DNA of 64,000 nt from Candidatus Nomurabacteria bacterium GW2011_GWE1_32_28 (GCA_000989515.1 LBOM01000005.1:2709-66708); one strand, 5' to 3'; shown: positions 20,201-30,271, counted from the stretch's first letter. Numbers and translations are program-made. Notes: generated by a model from the sequence alone, not told the origin.

Positions 20201-20716
20201 ACAGTTTTTGATATTTTTAGTAATGGTAAAAATAAAATTTTAGAAGAAATGAAAAAAGTTCGTGAGATTGTTACATTAGGATTTGAAGCTCGACAAAAAG
20301 CAGGTATAAAGGTTCGTCAACCATTAGCGAAGATTCAAATCAAAAATCATACTCTTGATAAAGAGTATGATGAATTAATAAAAGATGAATTAAATATAAA
20401 AGAAATAAAAGAAAATAAAAATATTGAAAGAGGTGTTCTGCTTGATATAGAGATTACAGAAGAATTAAAAGAAGAAGGATGCTATCGTGAATTTGTAAGA
20501 AGCGTGCAGGATATGCGAAAAAATATTGGTCTTACTCCCAGCGATGTTATCTCTCTTTTTATTGAAACGAATGATAAAGGTAAAAAATTAATTCAAAAGT
20601 TTGAGATTGATTTACTTAAAGTAGTTCTAGCCTTAAAAGTAGAATTTAAAGAAAATGAAGGGGAATCTTTAGAGATTGATGAGTTAGTGTTTAAAATTCA
20701 AATAGAAAAAAGATAA
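17234..20716 (+). CDS. ileS: Isoleucyl-tRNA synthetase carrying an internal histidine-phosphatase (PGAM-like) domain insertion
   Basis: PPTANGKPGIHH (HIGH), CP1 editing region TTTPWTLPGN and KMSKSLGN. The insert at about 18722-19315 has RHGQAESN and ITHEGP motifs. Confidence 0.9.
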   Translation: MDKDISKSEAALREEAVLEFWKESKIFQKSLEKEAPKGEFIFYEGPPTANGKPGIHHLEARAFKDAIPRYKTMRGYHVRRKGGWDTHGLPVELQVEKKLNLDSKIAIEKYGIAKFNQGCKESVWEYTDLWSKFTERIGYFVDQENAYVTYHNSYIESVWGVLKKIDEQNLLYKDYKVVPWCPRCGTVLSSHELAQGYEDVKDLSVTVKFKIKGQENTYILAWTTTPWTLPGNVALAVGEKIDYVKVSLNGVFLILAKARLSIIEGEFKIIEEIKGKDLIGLEYEPLYPFLKDTISESEKPKLNKAFKIYGADFVTTEDGTGVVHTAVMYGQDDFVLGTEIGLPKHHLVGLDGVFLKGTGFLEGRFVKDEEVAIDIIKDLANRSTDPLLFKKEKYEHSYPHCWRCKTALIYYARDSWYIKMSDKKIKDKMIQENKSINWEPSHIRDGRFGEWLKDIKDWAISRERYWGTPLPVWECVSCKKREVLGSLDEIKERTKKSGNKYFVMRHGQAESNLKNTISSKVEDVDHLTEKGKKQVFDSLSELKNKKIDFIISSDFMRTKETAEIIKKGLGISNNNLIFDKRIWELSAGIFDGNTWDNFWEVRENGEGYFYKPEGGESHKDLKLRVISFLYDLEKKYKDKNILIITHEGPARLLIAGLKGFNDINTIEYLKDNIVKFDNAEIKELDFVSIPHNESYELDLHRPYIDDIEIECECGGDLIRTKEVMDVWFDSGAMPFAQDHYPFENKEWVDKKGYPADFISEAIDQTRGWFYTLHAVGVLMGRGKAYKNVICLGHLLDSKGKKMSKSLGNIVDPWSMIEKYGVDTLRLWMYSVNQPGESKNFDEKTVIELHRQVFGLLYNVLAFYELYRDIQLETIEYKKSENILDKWILARLDELIDFTTKHLDDYKLLEPTRAIRDFIGDLSTWYLRRSRDRIKDGDKEAKQTLYFVLKNLSKIMAPFTPFAADDIWLKLKNEKDIESIHLAEWPKSSKTVFDIFSNGKNKILEEMKKVREIVTLGFEARQKAGIKVRQPLAKIQIKNHTLDKEYDELIKDELNIKEIKENKNIERGVLLDIEITEELKEEGCYREFVRSVQDMRKNIGLTPSDVISLFIETNDKGKKLIQKFEIDLLKVVLALKVEFKENEGESLEIDELVFKIQIEKR

Positions 20717-20739
20717 TACGATATAAGTATTTTAATAAA

Positions 20740-20773
20740 GGTAGCAAACTCTGCTATAGCAGAGTTTGCTACC
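20740..20773 (+). terminator. Rho-independent terminator after ileS
   Basis: GGTAGCAAACTCTGC-TATA-GCAGAGTTTGCTACC, a 15-bp stem followed by a T-run. A near-identical hairpin is at 31646-31679. Confidence 0.8.
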
Positions 20774-20800
20774 TTTTGTCTTTTTCTATACAATAGACCT

Positions 20801-21277
20801 ATGTCCATTGTATTTGATATTTTAAAGGAATTAAACAATACGACGATTAATTATAAAGGAGGATGTGTTAGTTTGCTTGGGATACCAAAATTTTCTCATT
20901 ATAAATATGGTTCTCTTAAATCTGGGGTTAGTAAATTAAAGAAGAGACAATTAATTATAAAAGATGAATCCGGTTGGTTGTTAACCTCAAAGGGTAAAGA
21001 ATATATTTCCAAGAAACATGATTCTTTGGTTCAATTTGAGTCTCCGTTCAAAAAAAATGATTCTAAAAATTTACTTGTGATGTTTGATATTCCAGAAAAT
21101 AAAAAAGCAGAAAGGGAATGGCTTCGTTGGCATTTAAAGAAATTTAATTATGAAATGATTCAAAAAAGTGTTTGGCGGGGTCCTTCTCCTTTACCTAAAG
21201 AGTTTTTAAATTACATCAAAAAAATAAAAATTTATGATAATTTAAAAATGTTGAAAATATCAAAAATTATTAAATAA
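20801..21277 (+). CDS. PaaX-like protein (winged helix plus Cas2-like central domain). No CRISPR context.
   Basis: LLVMFDIPENKKAEREWLRWHLKKFNYEMIQKSVW matches the Cas2/PaaX-type beta-alpha-beta pattern. The assignment is made by motif only. Confidence 0.5.
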   Translation: MSIVFDILKELNNTTINYKGGCVSLLGIPKFSHYKYGSLKSGVSKLKKRQLIIKDESGWLLTSKGKEYISKKHDSLVQFESPFKKNDSKNLLVMFDIPENKKAEREWLRWHLKKFNYEMIQKSVWRGPSPLPKEFLNYIKKIKIYDNLKMLKISKIIK

Positions 21278-21351
21278 AAAAGGTACCTATTTCTGCTATC
21301 GCAGAAAGTGGTACTTTTTTTTTAATTAAAATTGTATAGTATAATTAAATT

Positions 21352-21495
21352 ATGAAGAAAGTATTTATTATTTATGGATCAGATGATCAAATAGTTTCTT
21401 CAGGGAAATTAAGAGAGATTTCGAAAAATTTAAATTGTGAATTGGTATTTGTTCCTGGAGGAAAATATTTAAATGGTTCTAGTCGTTTTTATTAA
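21352..21495 (+). pseudogene. 47-codon remnant resembling the C-terminus of an alpha/beta (YdeN-like) hydrolase
   Basis: MKKVFIIYGSDDQIVSS...LVFVPGGKYLNG resembles the Asp/His-bearing C-terminal strand pattern. It is too short to be a full enzyme. The call is weak. Confidence 0.25.
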
Positions 21496-21538
21496 GCTCC
21501 ACAGATTTTAGATTCTTTATAAAAAATTATTTTTTAAA

Positions 21539-22117
21539 ATGCACCATATTTATCACACAGAGGGAATAATATTGAGTAGTGGAGACCTCAAGGAAACAGC
21601 TAAATATTATTCTATTTTTACTCGTGATTTGGGAGTTATTTTTGCTTCTGCTCAAGGTGTACGAAAAATGTCTTCAAAATTACGTTTTGTTTTACAAGAT
21701 TTTTCTTATATAAAAATTGATTTAGTAAAAGGGAAAGATTTTTGGAGAGTTACAAGTGCTTCAAAGACAAATAAGCTTGAAGAATTATCTAAACCAGAAA
21801 TTTTTCAAGTTTTTGTAAATATTTTAAGACTTTTGAAACGTTTGCTTGCTGGAGAAGATCCAAATGAGGGTTTGTTTGTTGATTTGTTGAATGGATTGTA
21901 TATTTTAGAAAAATCTAAAACAGAAGAAGAATTACGAAACATCGAAGCTGTTATTGTTTTACGTATCCTTAATAATTTAGGATATATTGGTGGTAATGAA
22001 ATTTTGAAAGATTTTATTAAGTCACCATTTGAAGAAGATTTGATATTTAAAATTTCTAAAAATAGAGTAAAAATATTACATCAGATAAATAAGGCAATAA
22101 AAGAGACAGATTTATAA
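21539..22117 (+). CDS. recO: DNA repair protein RecO (short form)
   Basis: The N-terminal OB-like pattern EGIILS...YSIFTRDLGVIFASAQGVRK is typical of RecO. Confidence 0.7.
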   Translation: MHHIYHTEGIILSSGDLKETAKYYSIFTRDLGVIFASAQGVRKMSSKLRFVLQDFSYIKIDLVKGKDFWRVTSASKTNKLEELSKPEIFQVFVNILRLLKRLLAGEDPNEGLFVDLLNGLYILEKSKTEEELRNIEAVIVLRILNNLGYIGGNEILKDFIKSPFEEDLIFKISKNRVKILHQINKAIKETDL

Positions 22118-22174
22118 TAAATTCTATTTTAGCGAGAGATTCCTAAATTTTGTTTGGAATGTTATAATTAAAAG

Positions 22175-24106
22175 ATGGGACTTGATGATAAAGATAAACT
22201 AAATAGGATAGAAGAATTAAAAAGTAAACTTTTTAATAAAAATTATAAAATAAGAGTTGAACACCATGAGAGCTTCCCACATTTCCAACAAAGAGATGTA
22301 GTAGATTCTTGGGAAAACAAAGAAGAAAAAGAACATAATTCTAGTAATAAATTTTCTATGGAAACATCTTTTTTTAAAAAATTTTTTATATTTTCAATAA
22401 TCTTTTTTGTTTTATCTTTAGGTTATGCTTCTTACATTTACTTTGTTAAAGGTAATACTGTTTCTAATGATAATATAGATATTTCTTTGCTCAGTAATGC
22501 TTTTACTGCTGGTGGAGAGGAATATCCTCTTTTACTTGAAATAGTTAATAGAAATAATCTACCACTTGAATTAGTTGATCTTATAGTAGAATATCCAAAA
22601 AGTTCTCAAGACAGTTTGTCACAAGACAATGAACATATTCGTATATCACTTGGCACTATTCCTGCTGGTGGAATAAAAAATGAAAATATAAAAATTGTAT
22701 TGTTTGGAGAACAAGGAAGTACTCGTCAAATAAAAATTTCTCTTGAATATAGAGTAGAGGGATCAAATGCTATCTTTATAAAAGATAAATTAAGTGAAGT
22801 TTATATTAATTCTACTCCAATAGATCTTTCTATAAATGCCCCTGTAGAAATAAGTCAAAATCAGGATATTACTCTTGATGTAAAGGCGATATTGAATTCT
22901 ACTAAATCAGTTTCAAAGATGCTCATCAAGGTTGATTATCCGATTGGTTTTCAATTCATAAAAGCGACACCAGCACCATCTTCTGGTAATAATGTTTGGG
23001 ATATTGGGGATATTGCCCCCGGTGCAGAACGTAATATTTCCATATTTGGTAAAATGCTGGACGTTTATGATGGTGAAGAAAAGATATTCAGAGTGTGGAG
23101 CGGTTCTCAGTCTACTACAGATAAAACTGTGATAGGAGTTATCTTTAATTCCTCAGAACATCTTGTTTTAATAAAGAAGTCTTCTATTCAAGCCAAGCTT
23201 TTGATAAATGGTGTGTATGAAAGAGAATTTGCTGTAGACACCAAGACATCTATTCAAGGAGAAATACAATGGGTAAACAATCTAGACACAAAAATAAATG
23301 ATTTGGAAGTTCGTGCAAAAATTTCTGGTAATGCCGTTAATCGTAAAACAATATCAAGTAGTAAGGGTTTTTATGATTCAGCACAAGATTTAATTATTTG
23401 GAATAAAAATTCAGATCAAAAATTTTTAGAGATTAATCCTGGTGACTCTGGTTCTTTGTCTTTTTCGCTTTCTCCGCTTTCTCTGTTTTCTGCTTCATCT
23501 GGAATAATAATTTCTCCTACTATCAATGTAGATGTTTATATTTCAGGAAGACAAATACAAAATGGATCTGCTATTTTAGAATTAAGTAACTCAGAATCTA
23601 AAACTATAAAAATTATTTCTGATGTAGGGTTTCTTGCTAAAGGTTTCTATAGTTCTGGTCATTTTACAAATACTGGACCGATACCACCAAAAGTAGGACA
23701 AAAGACAACCTATACTATTGTTTGGTCTCTTTCTAATACATCAAACAATATTTCAAAAACAAAGATAAGTTCTATTTTACCAGATTGGGTTAAATTTGTT
23801 GGTACTTCGTATCCAGACACTGAAGATTTGGTTTATAATACCAACACTAGAGAAGTGACTTGGGATATTGGTACTCTTCCAAAAGGTGCTGGAATTACTG
23901 GTGAAGATAAAGAAGTTTCTTTTCAAATAGAATTTATTCCTTCACTTTCTCAGATTAACACGACACCTATTATCATAAATAGTGCAATTTTGACTGGACA
24001 TGATGATTTTGCTAATGTAGACATAAGAGTTACCAAGCCAGCATTAGGTACTCATCTTTTGAGTGATACTGGTTTTTCTTACTCTATGGGTAGGGTTATA
24101 GAGTAA
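22175..24106 (+). CDS. Hypothetical membrane-anchored protein with repeated beta-sandwich-like segments
   Basis: 643-aa ORF with an N-terminal coiled/charged region, one TM helix and a Ser/Thr/Ile/Asn-rich extracellular body. No catalytic motif was recognised. Confidence 0.6.
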   Translation: MGLDDKDKLNRIEELKSKLFNKNYKIRVEHHESFPHFQQRDVVDSWENKEEKEHNSSNKFSMETSFFKKFFIFSIIFFVLSLGYASYIYFVKGNTVSNDNIDISLLSNAFTAGGEEYPLLLEIVNRNNLPLELVDLIVEYPKSSQDSLSQDNEHIRISLGTIPAGGIKNENIKIVLFGEQGSTRQIKISLEYRVEGSNAIFIKDKLSEVYINSTPIDLSINAPVEISQNQDITLDVKAILNSTKSVSKMLIKVDYPIGFQFIKATPAPSSGNNVWDIGDIAPGAERNISIFGKMLDVYDGEEKIFRVWSGSQSTTDKTVIGVIFNSSEHLVLIKKSSIQAKLLINGVYEREFAVDTKTSIQGEIQWVNNLDTKINDLEVRAKISGNAVNRKTISSSKGFYDSAQDLIIWNKNSDQKFLEINPGDSGSLSFSLSPLSLFSASSGIIISPTINVDVYISGRQIQNGSAILELSNSESKTIKIISDVGFLAKGFYSSGHFTNTGPIPPKVGQKTTYTIVWSLSNTSNNISKTKISSILPDWVKFVGTSYPDTEDLVYNTNTREVTWDIGTLPKGAGITGEDKEVSFQIEFIPSLSQINTTPIIINSAILTGHDDFANVDIRVTKPALGTHLLSDTGFSYSMGRVIE

Positions 24107-24136
24107 TTAATTATAAATTTAAGCAAAAGAATAAAA

Positions 24137-25429
24137 ATGCAGAAAAAAGAAGATAATTTAATGGAAAAGATAGTTTCACTTTGCAAAAGAAGAGGTTTTA
24201 TATTTCAAGGTTCAGAAATTTATGGCGGACTTGCTGGTACTTATGATTATGGCCATTTTGGTTTAGCTCTTAAAAATAATATTAAGCAAAATTGGTGGAA
24301 GAAATTTGTAGACAATAGACATGATATGTATGGCATAGATGCTGCTATCTTGATGCGTCAAGAAGTTTGGCAAAATGCAGGACACGTAGCAAATTTTGCA
24401 GATCCCATGGTTGAATGTGAGAAATGTAAAGAAAAGTTTCGTACTGATCAGATTGAAGATAAAAATAAATGTTCTGTATGTTGTGGAAGGTTAGGTGAGG
24501 CAAAACAATTTAATATGATGTTTCAAACAAAAGTTGGAGCATCTGACGATTCTTCCGCTATATCATATCTACGCCCAGAAACAGCGCAAGGAATGTTTGT
24601 AAATTTTAAAAATACAGTAGACGCTTTTCACCCAAAGCTTCCTTTTGGTATGGCTCAGATAGGTAAAGCTTTTAGGAATGAGATTACTCCTAGAGATTTT
24701 ATTTTTCGTGTTCGTGAATTTGAACAGATGGAGATAGAATATTTTGTTAGAGAAGGAGATTGGGAAAAATATTTCAAATATTGGAAAGATGAAATGATTG
24801 AATGGATGGAAAGTATTGGTCTCGATATGAGCAAAGTTCATGAGCTTGAAGTAGAAGATGGAGATCGTGCACATTATTCTAAAAGAACAGTAGATTTTGA
24901 ATTTGATTATCCTTTTGGCAGGAAAGAACTTTTTGGTTTAGCTTATAGAACAGATTTTGATTTAAAGAACCATAAGCTGGATTACATTGATGAGGAAAAA
25001 GGAGAAAAAATAGTTCCACATGTCATAGAGCCTACATTTGGTGTTGATCGTGCAGTTCTTTCTTTGTTGCTTTCTGCTTATAATGAAGACGACATAGAAC
25101 GTCCATTTTTTAAATTTAATCCAAGTATTGCTCCAGTTATTTGTGCAGTTTCACCATTGCTTAAGAATAAACCAGAACTTGTAGAATATGCGAATACAAA
25201 AGTATTTGCTCCATTAAAAGCAGAGTTTGGGCGTGTAATTTGGGATGACAATGGTAACATAGGTAAGCGTTATCGTCGTCAGGACGAGATAGGTACACCA
25301 TATTGCATCGTAATAGATTTTGATACTTTGACAGACGATACTGTCACAGTACGAGATAGAGATACAGGAGAGCAGGAGAGAGTAAAAGTTGAAAATTTAA
25401 AAGAATATATACAAGAAAAAATTAATTAA
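24137..25429 (+). CDS. glyQS: Glycyl-tRNA synthetase (alpha2 type)
   Basis: RRGFIFQGSEIYGG, RPETAQG, FRNEITPR and a C-terminal anticodon-binding domain. An alternative start is at 24161. Confidence 0.9.
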   Translation: MQKKEDNLMEKIVSLCKRRGFIFQGSEIYGGLAGTYDYGHFGLALKNNIKQNWWKKFVDNRHDMYGIDAAILMRQEVWQNAGHVANFADPMVECEKCKEKFRTDQIEDKNKCSVCCGRLGEAKQFNMMFQTKVGASDDSSAISYLRPETAQGMFVNFKNTVDAFHPKLPFGMAQIGKAFRNEITPRDFIFRVREFEQMEIEYFVREGDWEKYFKYWKDEMIEWMESIGLDMSKVHELEVEDGDRAHYSKRTVDFEFDYPFGRKELFGLAYRTDFDLKNHKLDYIDEEKGEKIVPHVIEPTFGVDRAVLSLLLSAYNEDDIERPFFKFNPSIAPVICAVSPLLKNKPELVEYANTKVFAPLKAEFGRVIWDDNGNIGKRYRRQDEIGTPYCIVIDFDTLTDDTVTVRDRDTGEQERVKVENLKEYIQEKIN

Positions 25430-25435
25430 ATATAA

Positions 25436-26704
25436 ATGAAATTTACAAAAAAAGTTTTAGAGAATGGTTTACGTGTTATTACAGTACCCATGAAAGATAA
25501 TCCTACGGTTACTGTTTTAGTATTAGTAGAAGCTGGTTCTAAATATGAAACGAAGGATATAAATGGTCTATCTCATTTTTTAGAGCATATGTGTTTTAAA
25601 GGAACAACAAAAAGACCTAAAGCTATTGATATTTCGAAAGAATTAGACGCTATTGGTTCTCAATATAATGCTTTTACTGGGCAAGAATATACAGGATATT
25701 ATGCAAAGTCAGGTGCTAAGCATTTTAAAAAGATTTTTGATGTTGTATCAGATATTTATTTGAATTCTACTTTTCCTGAAATTGAAATGCACAGAGAAAA
25801 AGGTGTGATAATAGAAGAAATAAATATGTATGAAGACATGCCAAATAGGCATGTTCAAGATTTGATGATGGAGCTTTTATACGGCGATCAACCTGCGGGA
25901 TGGAATATCGCTGGTCAAAAGAAAAATATTTTAAACATGAAACGTGATGATTTTATAAAATATAAAAAAGCGCATTATCTACCAGAGGCTACTACTCTTG
26001 TTGTTTCAGGAAAAATAAATGAAAAAGATGTGATGAAAGAAGTTAATAAAATTTTTGGAAAAGTTTTATCTGGTAAAAAAGAAAAAAAGTTGAAAGTAAA
26101 AGAAGTACAAACAAAACCAGAAATATTAGTTAAGTTTAAAAAGACAGATCAGACACATTTTGTTTTAGGCATGCGTAGCTTCGATTTATTTAATAAAAAG
26201 AGTTCCATACTTGCTGTTTTAGGAGGAGTTTTAGGTGGGGGAATGAGCTCGAGACTTTTTCAAAAATTACGTGAAGAGATGGGTGTTGGATATTATGTCC
26301 GTGCTTATAATGACACATTTACAGATCATGGATTTTTTCAAGTTTCAGCTGGTGTTGATAATAAAAGAATAGATGAAGTTATTGTTGCTGTACTAGAAGA
26401 GTGTAAAAAGTTAAAAGAGAATTTAGTTGAAGAAGATGAATTAAATAAAGTAAAAGAATGTTTGATAGGGAATATGAAGCTTTCTTTAGAACCTAGTGAT
26501 GATATTGCTAATTTCTATGGTGGACAGGAACTTCTAAAACGTGAAATGAAAAGTGCAGAAGAGAAAGCTAGTGAAATACGCAAAGTCACAGCAAAACAAA
26601 TTAAAGATGTAGCAAATATTATTTTTACAAATGATAAACTTAACTTAGCACTTATTGGACCCTTTAAAGATAAGTCTAAATTTTCTAAAATATTAAAATT
26701 TTAA
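25436..26704 (+). CDS. M16-family zinc peptidase (pitrilysin-like)
   Basis: The inverted zinc motif HFLEHMCFKGT (HxxEH). Confidence 0.85.
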   Translation: MKFTKKVLENGLRVITVPMKDNPTVTVLVLVEAGSKYETKDINGLSHFLEHMCFKGTTKRPKAIDISKELDAIGSQYNAFTGQEYTGYYAKSGAKHFKKIFDVVSDIYLNSTFPEIEMHREKGVIIEEINMYEDMPNRHVQDLMMELLYGDQPAGWNIAGQKKNILNMKRDDFIKYKKAHYLPEATTLVVSGKINEKDVMKEVNKIFGKVLSGKKEKKLKVKEVQTKPEILVKFKKTDQTHFVLGMRSFDLFNKKSSILAVLGGVLGGGMSSRLFQKLREEMGVGYYVRAYNDTFTDHGFFQVSAGVDNKRIDEVIVAVLEECKKLKENLVEEDELNKVKECLIGNMKLSLEPSDDIANFYGGQELLKREMKSAEEKASEIRKVTAKQIKDVANIIFTNDKLNLALIGPFKDKSKFSKILKF

Positions 26705-26743
26705 GTATTTTAAAAGTTTGGTGCTTTGTGCTATTATATCTAT

Positions 26744-27817
26744 ATGTTAGAGAAAAATAATATTTCTTCTATCTATATATCAACTGGGACAATAATCCGG
26801 TTTTTCTTAGTTGCGTTAGGATTTTTTTTGGTCTGGTTTTTGAGGGATATACTTCTAGTTTTATTGACTGCTATCATTCTTGCTTCTTTTGTAGAATCAG
26901 CTATTCCTTATTTTAAAAAGTTTAAAATTAATCGAGTTTTTGGAGTAGTTATTATATATTTTTTTTCAATATCATCTTTGGCTCTTTTATTTTATCTTTT
27001 CGCACCACTTTTAATAACTGAACTTTATAATTTCTCTGTATTCTTGTCTACATATATGCCAGATTCTTCAATCGTGAATTATTTTAAAAATGATGCTTTT
27101 TCTGGTGCTAAAGATATTTTAGGAAATCTTTCTCATAGTTTATCACTGACGACTCTTTTGTCTTCATCTAGTGCTTTTATTACAAATCTTTCAGGTGGTT
27201 TCTTTCAGGTACTTTCTGTGGCATTTGGAAGTATTTTTAACGTTATTCTTATTGTTCTTATTTCTTTTTATCTTTCAATACAAGAAAAAGGGATTGAGAA
27301 TTTCTTGAGAATTATTTTACCAATAGAACACGAAGAGTATGCAGTAGATTTGTGGGTACGTTCACAAAGGAAAATAGCTCTGTGGATGAAAGGACAAATG
27401 CTTTTGGGTATTTTGATTGGTATTTTGACTTATCTTTTATTATCCCTTTTGGGAATTCAATACGCTCTTCTTTTGGCAATAATTGCAGGAATAATGGAAC
27501 TTGTTCCATATGGTATTCTTGTTGCTCTTATTCCCGCTATATCTTTTTCTTATATGTCTGGTGGGCTTTCAAGTGCTTTGATGGTTACTGGAGCTTATAC
27601 AATATTACATCAATTTGAGGTTTTTCTTTTTGCTCCTCTCATTATAAAAAGTGTTGTGGGTCTTTCACCTCTTGTGGTGATACTTGCTGCAGTGGTGGGT
27701 TTTGAATTAGGTGGATTTTGGGGATTAGTTTTAGCTATTCCAGTTGCTGTCTTTATTATGGAATTAATGAGTGATCTTGAGAAAAAAAAGATTTCTTTTA
27801 GGATAAATAAACAATAA
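26744..27817 (+). CDS. AI-2E family transporter (PerM-like permease)
   Basis: Polytopic membrane protein with the C-terminal ELVPYG-type motif (MELVPYGILVALIP). The ATG at 26744 is preferred over the TTG at 26726. Confidence 0.7.
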   Translation: MLEKNNISSIYISTGTIIRFFLVALGFFLVWFLRDILLVLLTAIILASFVESAIPYFKKFKINRVFGVVIIYFFSISSLALLFYLFAPLLITELYNFSVFLSTYMPDSSIVNYFKNDAFSGAKDILGNLSHSLSLTTLLSSSSAFITNLSGGFFQVLSVAFGSIFNVILIVLISFYLSIQEKGIENFLRIILPIEHEEYAVDLWVRSQRKIALWMKGQMLLGILIGILTYLLLSLLGIQYALLLAIIAGIMELVPYGILVALIPAISFSYMSGGLSSALMVTGAYTILHQFEVFLFAPLIIKSVVGLSPLVVILAAVVGFELGGFWGLVLAIPVAVFIMELMSDLEKKKISFRINKQ

Positions 27818-27820
27818 ACG

Positions 27821-29302
27821 ATGAAAAAAGAAAGTTTTTATATTACGACCACGCTACCTTATGTAAATGCACCTCTTCATATGGGGCATGCTCTTGAGCT
27901 CGTTCGTGCAGATGCTATCGCACGTTACAAGAAACTTATTGGATATGATGTATTTTTTAATACTGGTACAGATGAACATGGTATTAAAATATATCAAAAA
28001 GCTAAAGAAAATGAGATAGAAATACAAGATTTTGTTGACCAAGGTTTTGATACATTCAAAAAACAATTAAAAATGTTTGGAATGAGTGATGATATTCATT
28101 TTGTCCGTACTACAGACAAACACCACGAAGCTGCTGCACAAGAATTTTGGAAAAAAGTAAATGATAATGGCTATATTTATAAGAAAAATTATGAGACAAA
28201 ATACTGTATTGGTTGTGAAAGCGAAAAGACTGATTCTGAGCTAGAAGATGATGAATGTAGAGACCATCCTGGTATAAAAGTTTCTATAATTAATGAAGAG
28301 AATTATTTCTTCAAATACTCAGCATTTGGAGATAAGCTTTTAGGTTTTTATGAAAAGAATCCAGATTTTATAGTTCCAGATTTTCGTTTTAATGAAATAA
28401 AGGCTTTTGTAAAAAAAGGATTACAAGATTTTTCTATTTCAAGATTAAAATCAAAAATGCCTTGGGGTATAGCAGTACCAGGGGATGAAGATCATGTTAT
28501 GTATGTTTGGTTTGATGCACTAACAAACTATATTTCTACATTAGGTTGGCCAGAAGATACAGAACAATTTAAAAAATATTGGGAAAATGGAAACCCTACA
28601 CAATATTGCGGGAAAGATAACACACGTTTTCAGGGGGCGATGTGGCAAGCTATGCTCATAGCAGCAGATTTGCCGAATTCTCATCAAGTAGTAGTCGATG
28701 GGTTTATCACCGGGGAAGGAGGTGTAAGAATGTCAAAAACATTGGGTAATGTCGTTGATCCTAGAGAAATCGTATCTGAATATGGTACAGACGCATTACG
28801 ATATTTTCTTTTGAGAGAAGTTGGTAGTTTTGAAGATAGTCCATTTACTTTAGAGAGATTTAAAGATGCATATAATTCTGGTCTAGCAAATGGTTTAGGT
28901 AATTTATCTTCTAGAATAATGACTATGGCTGTTTCTAACAATATCACTATTAGTGAATTTCCTTCATTTGAAGATGTTTTAGAAATTTTTTCAGAAGATG
29001 AAGAAATTCAATTTCATAAATATATAGAAAAATTTGATATAAAAAAAGCAATTGATTTAGTTTGGTTTCAGGTTCAGTTACTTGATGGAATTATACAAAA
29101 ATCTCAGCCTTTTAAGTTAGTCAAAAGTGAGAATCTAGAAGACAGTGAAAAGGGTAAAAAACAAATTGAAGAATTAATTTTAGGTTTATATTATATAGCT
29201 AAACTTCTTGAGCCGATATTACCTGAAACTTCAAAAAAGATTCAACAACTAATTAAAGAAAATAAAAAGCCAGACGCACCTTTATTTTTAAGAAAAGAAT
29301 AA
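27821..29302 (+). CDS. metG: Methionyl-tRNA synthetase
   Basis: PYVNAPLHMGHALE (HIGH), the CxxC knuckle YCIGCESEK and RMSKTLGN. Confidence 0.9.
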   Translation: MKKESFYITTTLPYVNAPLHMGHALELVRADAIARYKKLIGYDVFFNTGTDEHGIKIYQKAKENEIEIQDFVDQGFDTFKKQLKMFGMSDDIHFVRTTDKHHEAAAQEFWKKVNDNGYIYKKNYETKYCIGCESEKTDSELEDDECRDHPGIKVSIINEENYFFKYSAFGDKLLGFYEKNPDFIVPDFRFNEIKAFVKKGLQDFSISRLKSKMPWGIAVPGDEDHVMYVWFDALTNYISTLGWPEDTEQFKKYWENGNPTQYCGKDNTRFQGAMWQAMLIAADLPNSHQVVVDGFITGEGGVRMSKTLGNVVDPREIVSEYGTDALRYFLLREVGSFEDSPFTLERFKDAYNSGLANGLGNLSSRIMTMAVSNNITISEFPSFEDVLEIFSEDEEIQFHKYIEKFDIKKAIDLVWFQVQLLDGIIQKSQPFKLVKSENLEDSEKGKKQIEELILGLYYIAKLLEPILPETSKKIQQLIKENKKPDAPLFLRKE

Positions 29303-29306
29303 CAAA

Positions 29307-30164
29307 ATGAGACCAAAATATATAGACATACATGCTCATGTAAATTTTAAAATCTTTGATAGAGATCATAATGCTGTCATTCGTAGAGCACTTGATAATG
29401 ATACTTGGTTTTTTAATGTTGGTACTCAGTTAGATACCTCTCGTGCTGCGATTAAATTAGCCCATAGATATCAAGAGGGAGTTTTTGCTGTTATTGGTTT
29501 GCATCCTATTCATACGAGCTCTTCACCACATGATGAAGATGAATTAGGGGAAGGTGTAAAAGAATTTATTTCTCGTGAAGAAATTTTTGATAAAAATGTT
29601 TATAGAAAACTTTTGAAAGACCCAAAAGTTGTAGCCATAGGTGAATGTGGTTTGGATTATTATCATCTAAATGTTGAATCTATAGAAAAACAAAAGAAAG
29701 CATTTATTGAACAGATTGAACTTGCAGATGAAGTAGGGAAACCATTAATGCTTCATATTCGTAATAATCCGCAAGATAAAACACATAATGCATATTTTGA
29801 TACTTGCGAATTATTAAAGAAATTTCCAAAAGTTAGAGGTGTTTCTCATTTCTTTGCAGGCAACGTGGAAGACATGAAAAGGTTTGTAAATCAAGGTATT
29901 TATATTTCTTTTGCAGGACCTATCACCTATAAACCCAAACCAGAGATTTGTGATTATGAGGCCGTAATACTAGAAACTCCACTTAATATGATATTGACAG
30001 ACACAGATAGCCCTTATGTGGCCCCAGTTCCTTATCGTGGTAAACGCAATGAGCCATCTTATGTAAAAGAAATTGTTAAAAAAATAGCTTTAATTAAAAA
30101 TTTACAAGAAGTAGAAGTAGCAAAAGCTATTGTAGAAAATACTGAAAGACTTTTTGACATTTAG
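29307..30164 (+). CDS. tatD: TatD-family metal-dependent hydrolase
   Basis: DIHAHVN, GECGLDYY, LHIR, HFF and TDSPY motifs. Confidence 0.85.
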   Translation: MRPKYIDIHAHVNFKIFDRDHNAVIRRALDNDTWFFNVGTQLDTSRAAIKLAHRYQEGVFAVIGLHPIHTSSSPHDEDELGEGVKEFISREEIFDKNVYRKLLKDPKVVAIGECGLDYYHLNVESIEKQKKAFIEQIELADEVGKPLMLHIRNNPQDKTHNAYFDTCELLKKFPKVRGVSHFFAGNVEDMKRFVNQGIYISFAGPITYKPKPEICDYEAVILETPLNMILTDTDSPYVAPVPYRGKRNEPSYVKEIVKKIALIKNLQEVEVAKAIVENTERLFDI

Positions 30165-30271
30165 AGATATAATTGCTATTGTGTATACATCTCATTTATT
30201 ACGACTATGAATTCGTAATACAAAGGTCCATAGTGAGATTTATTAAAAATAATTAATATATAGTTAGATAA

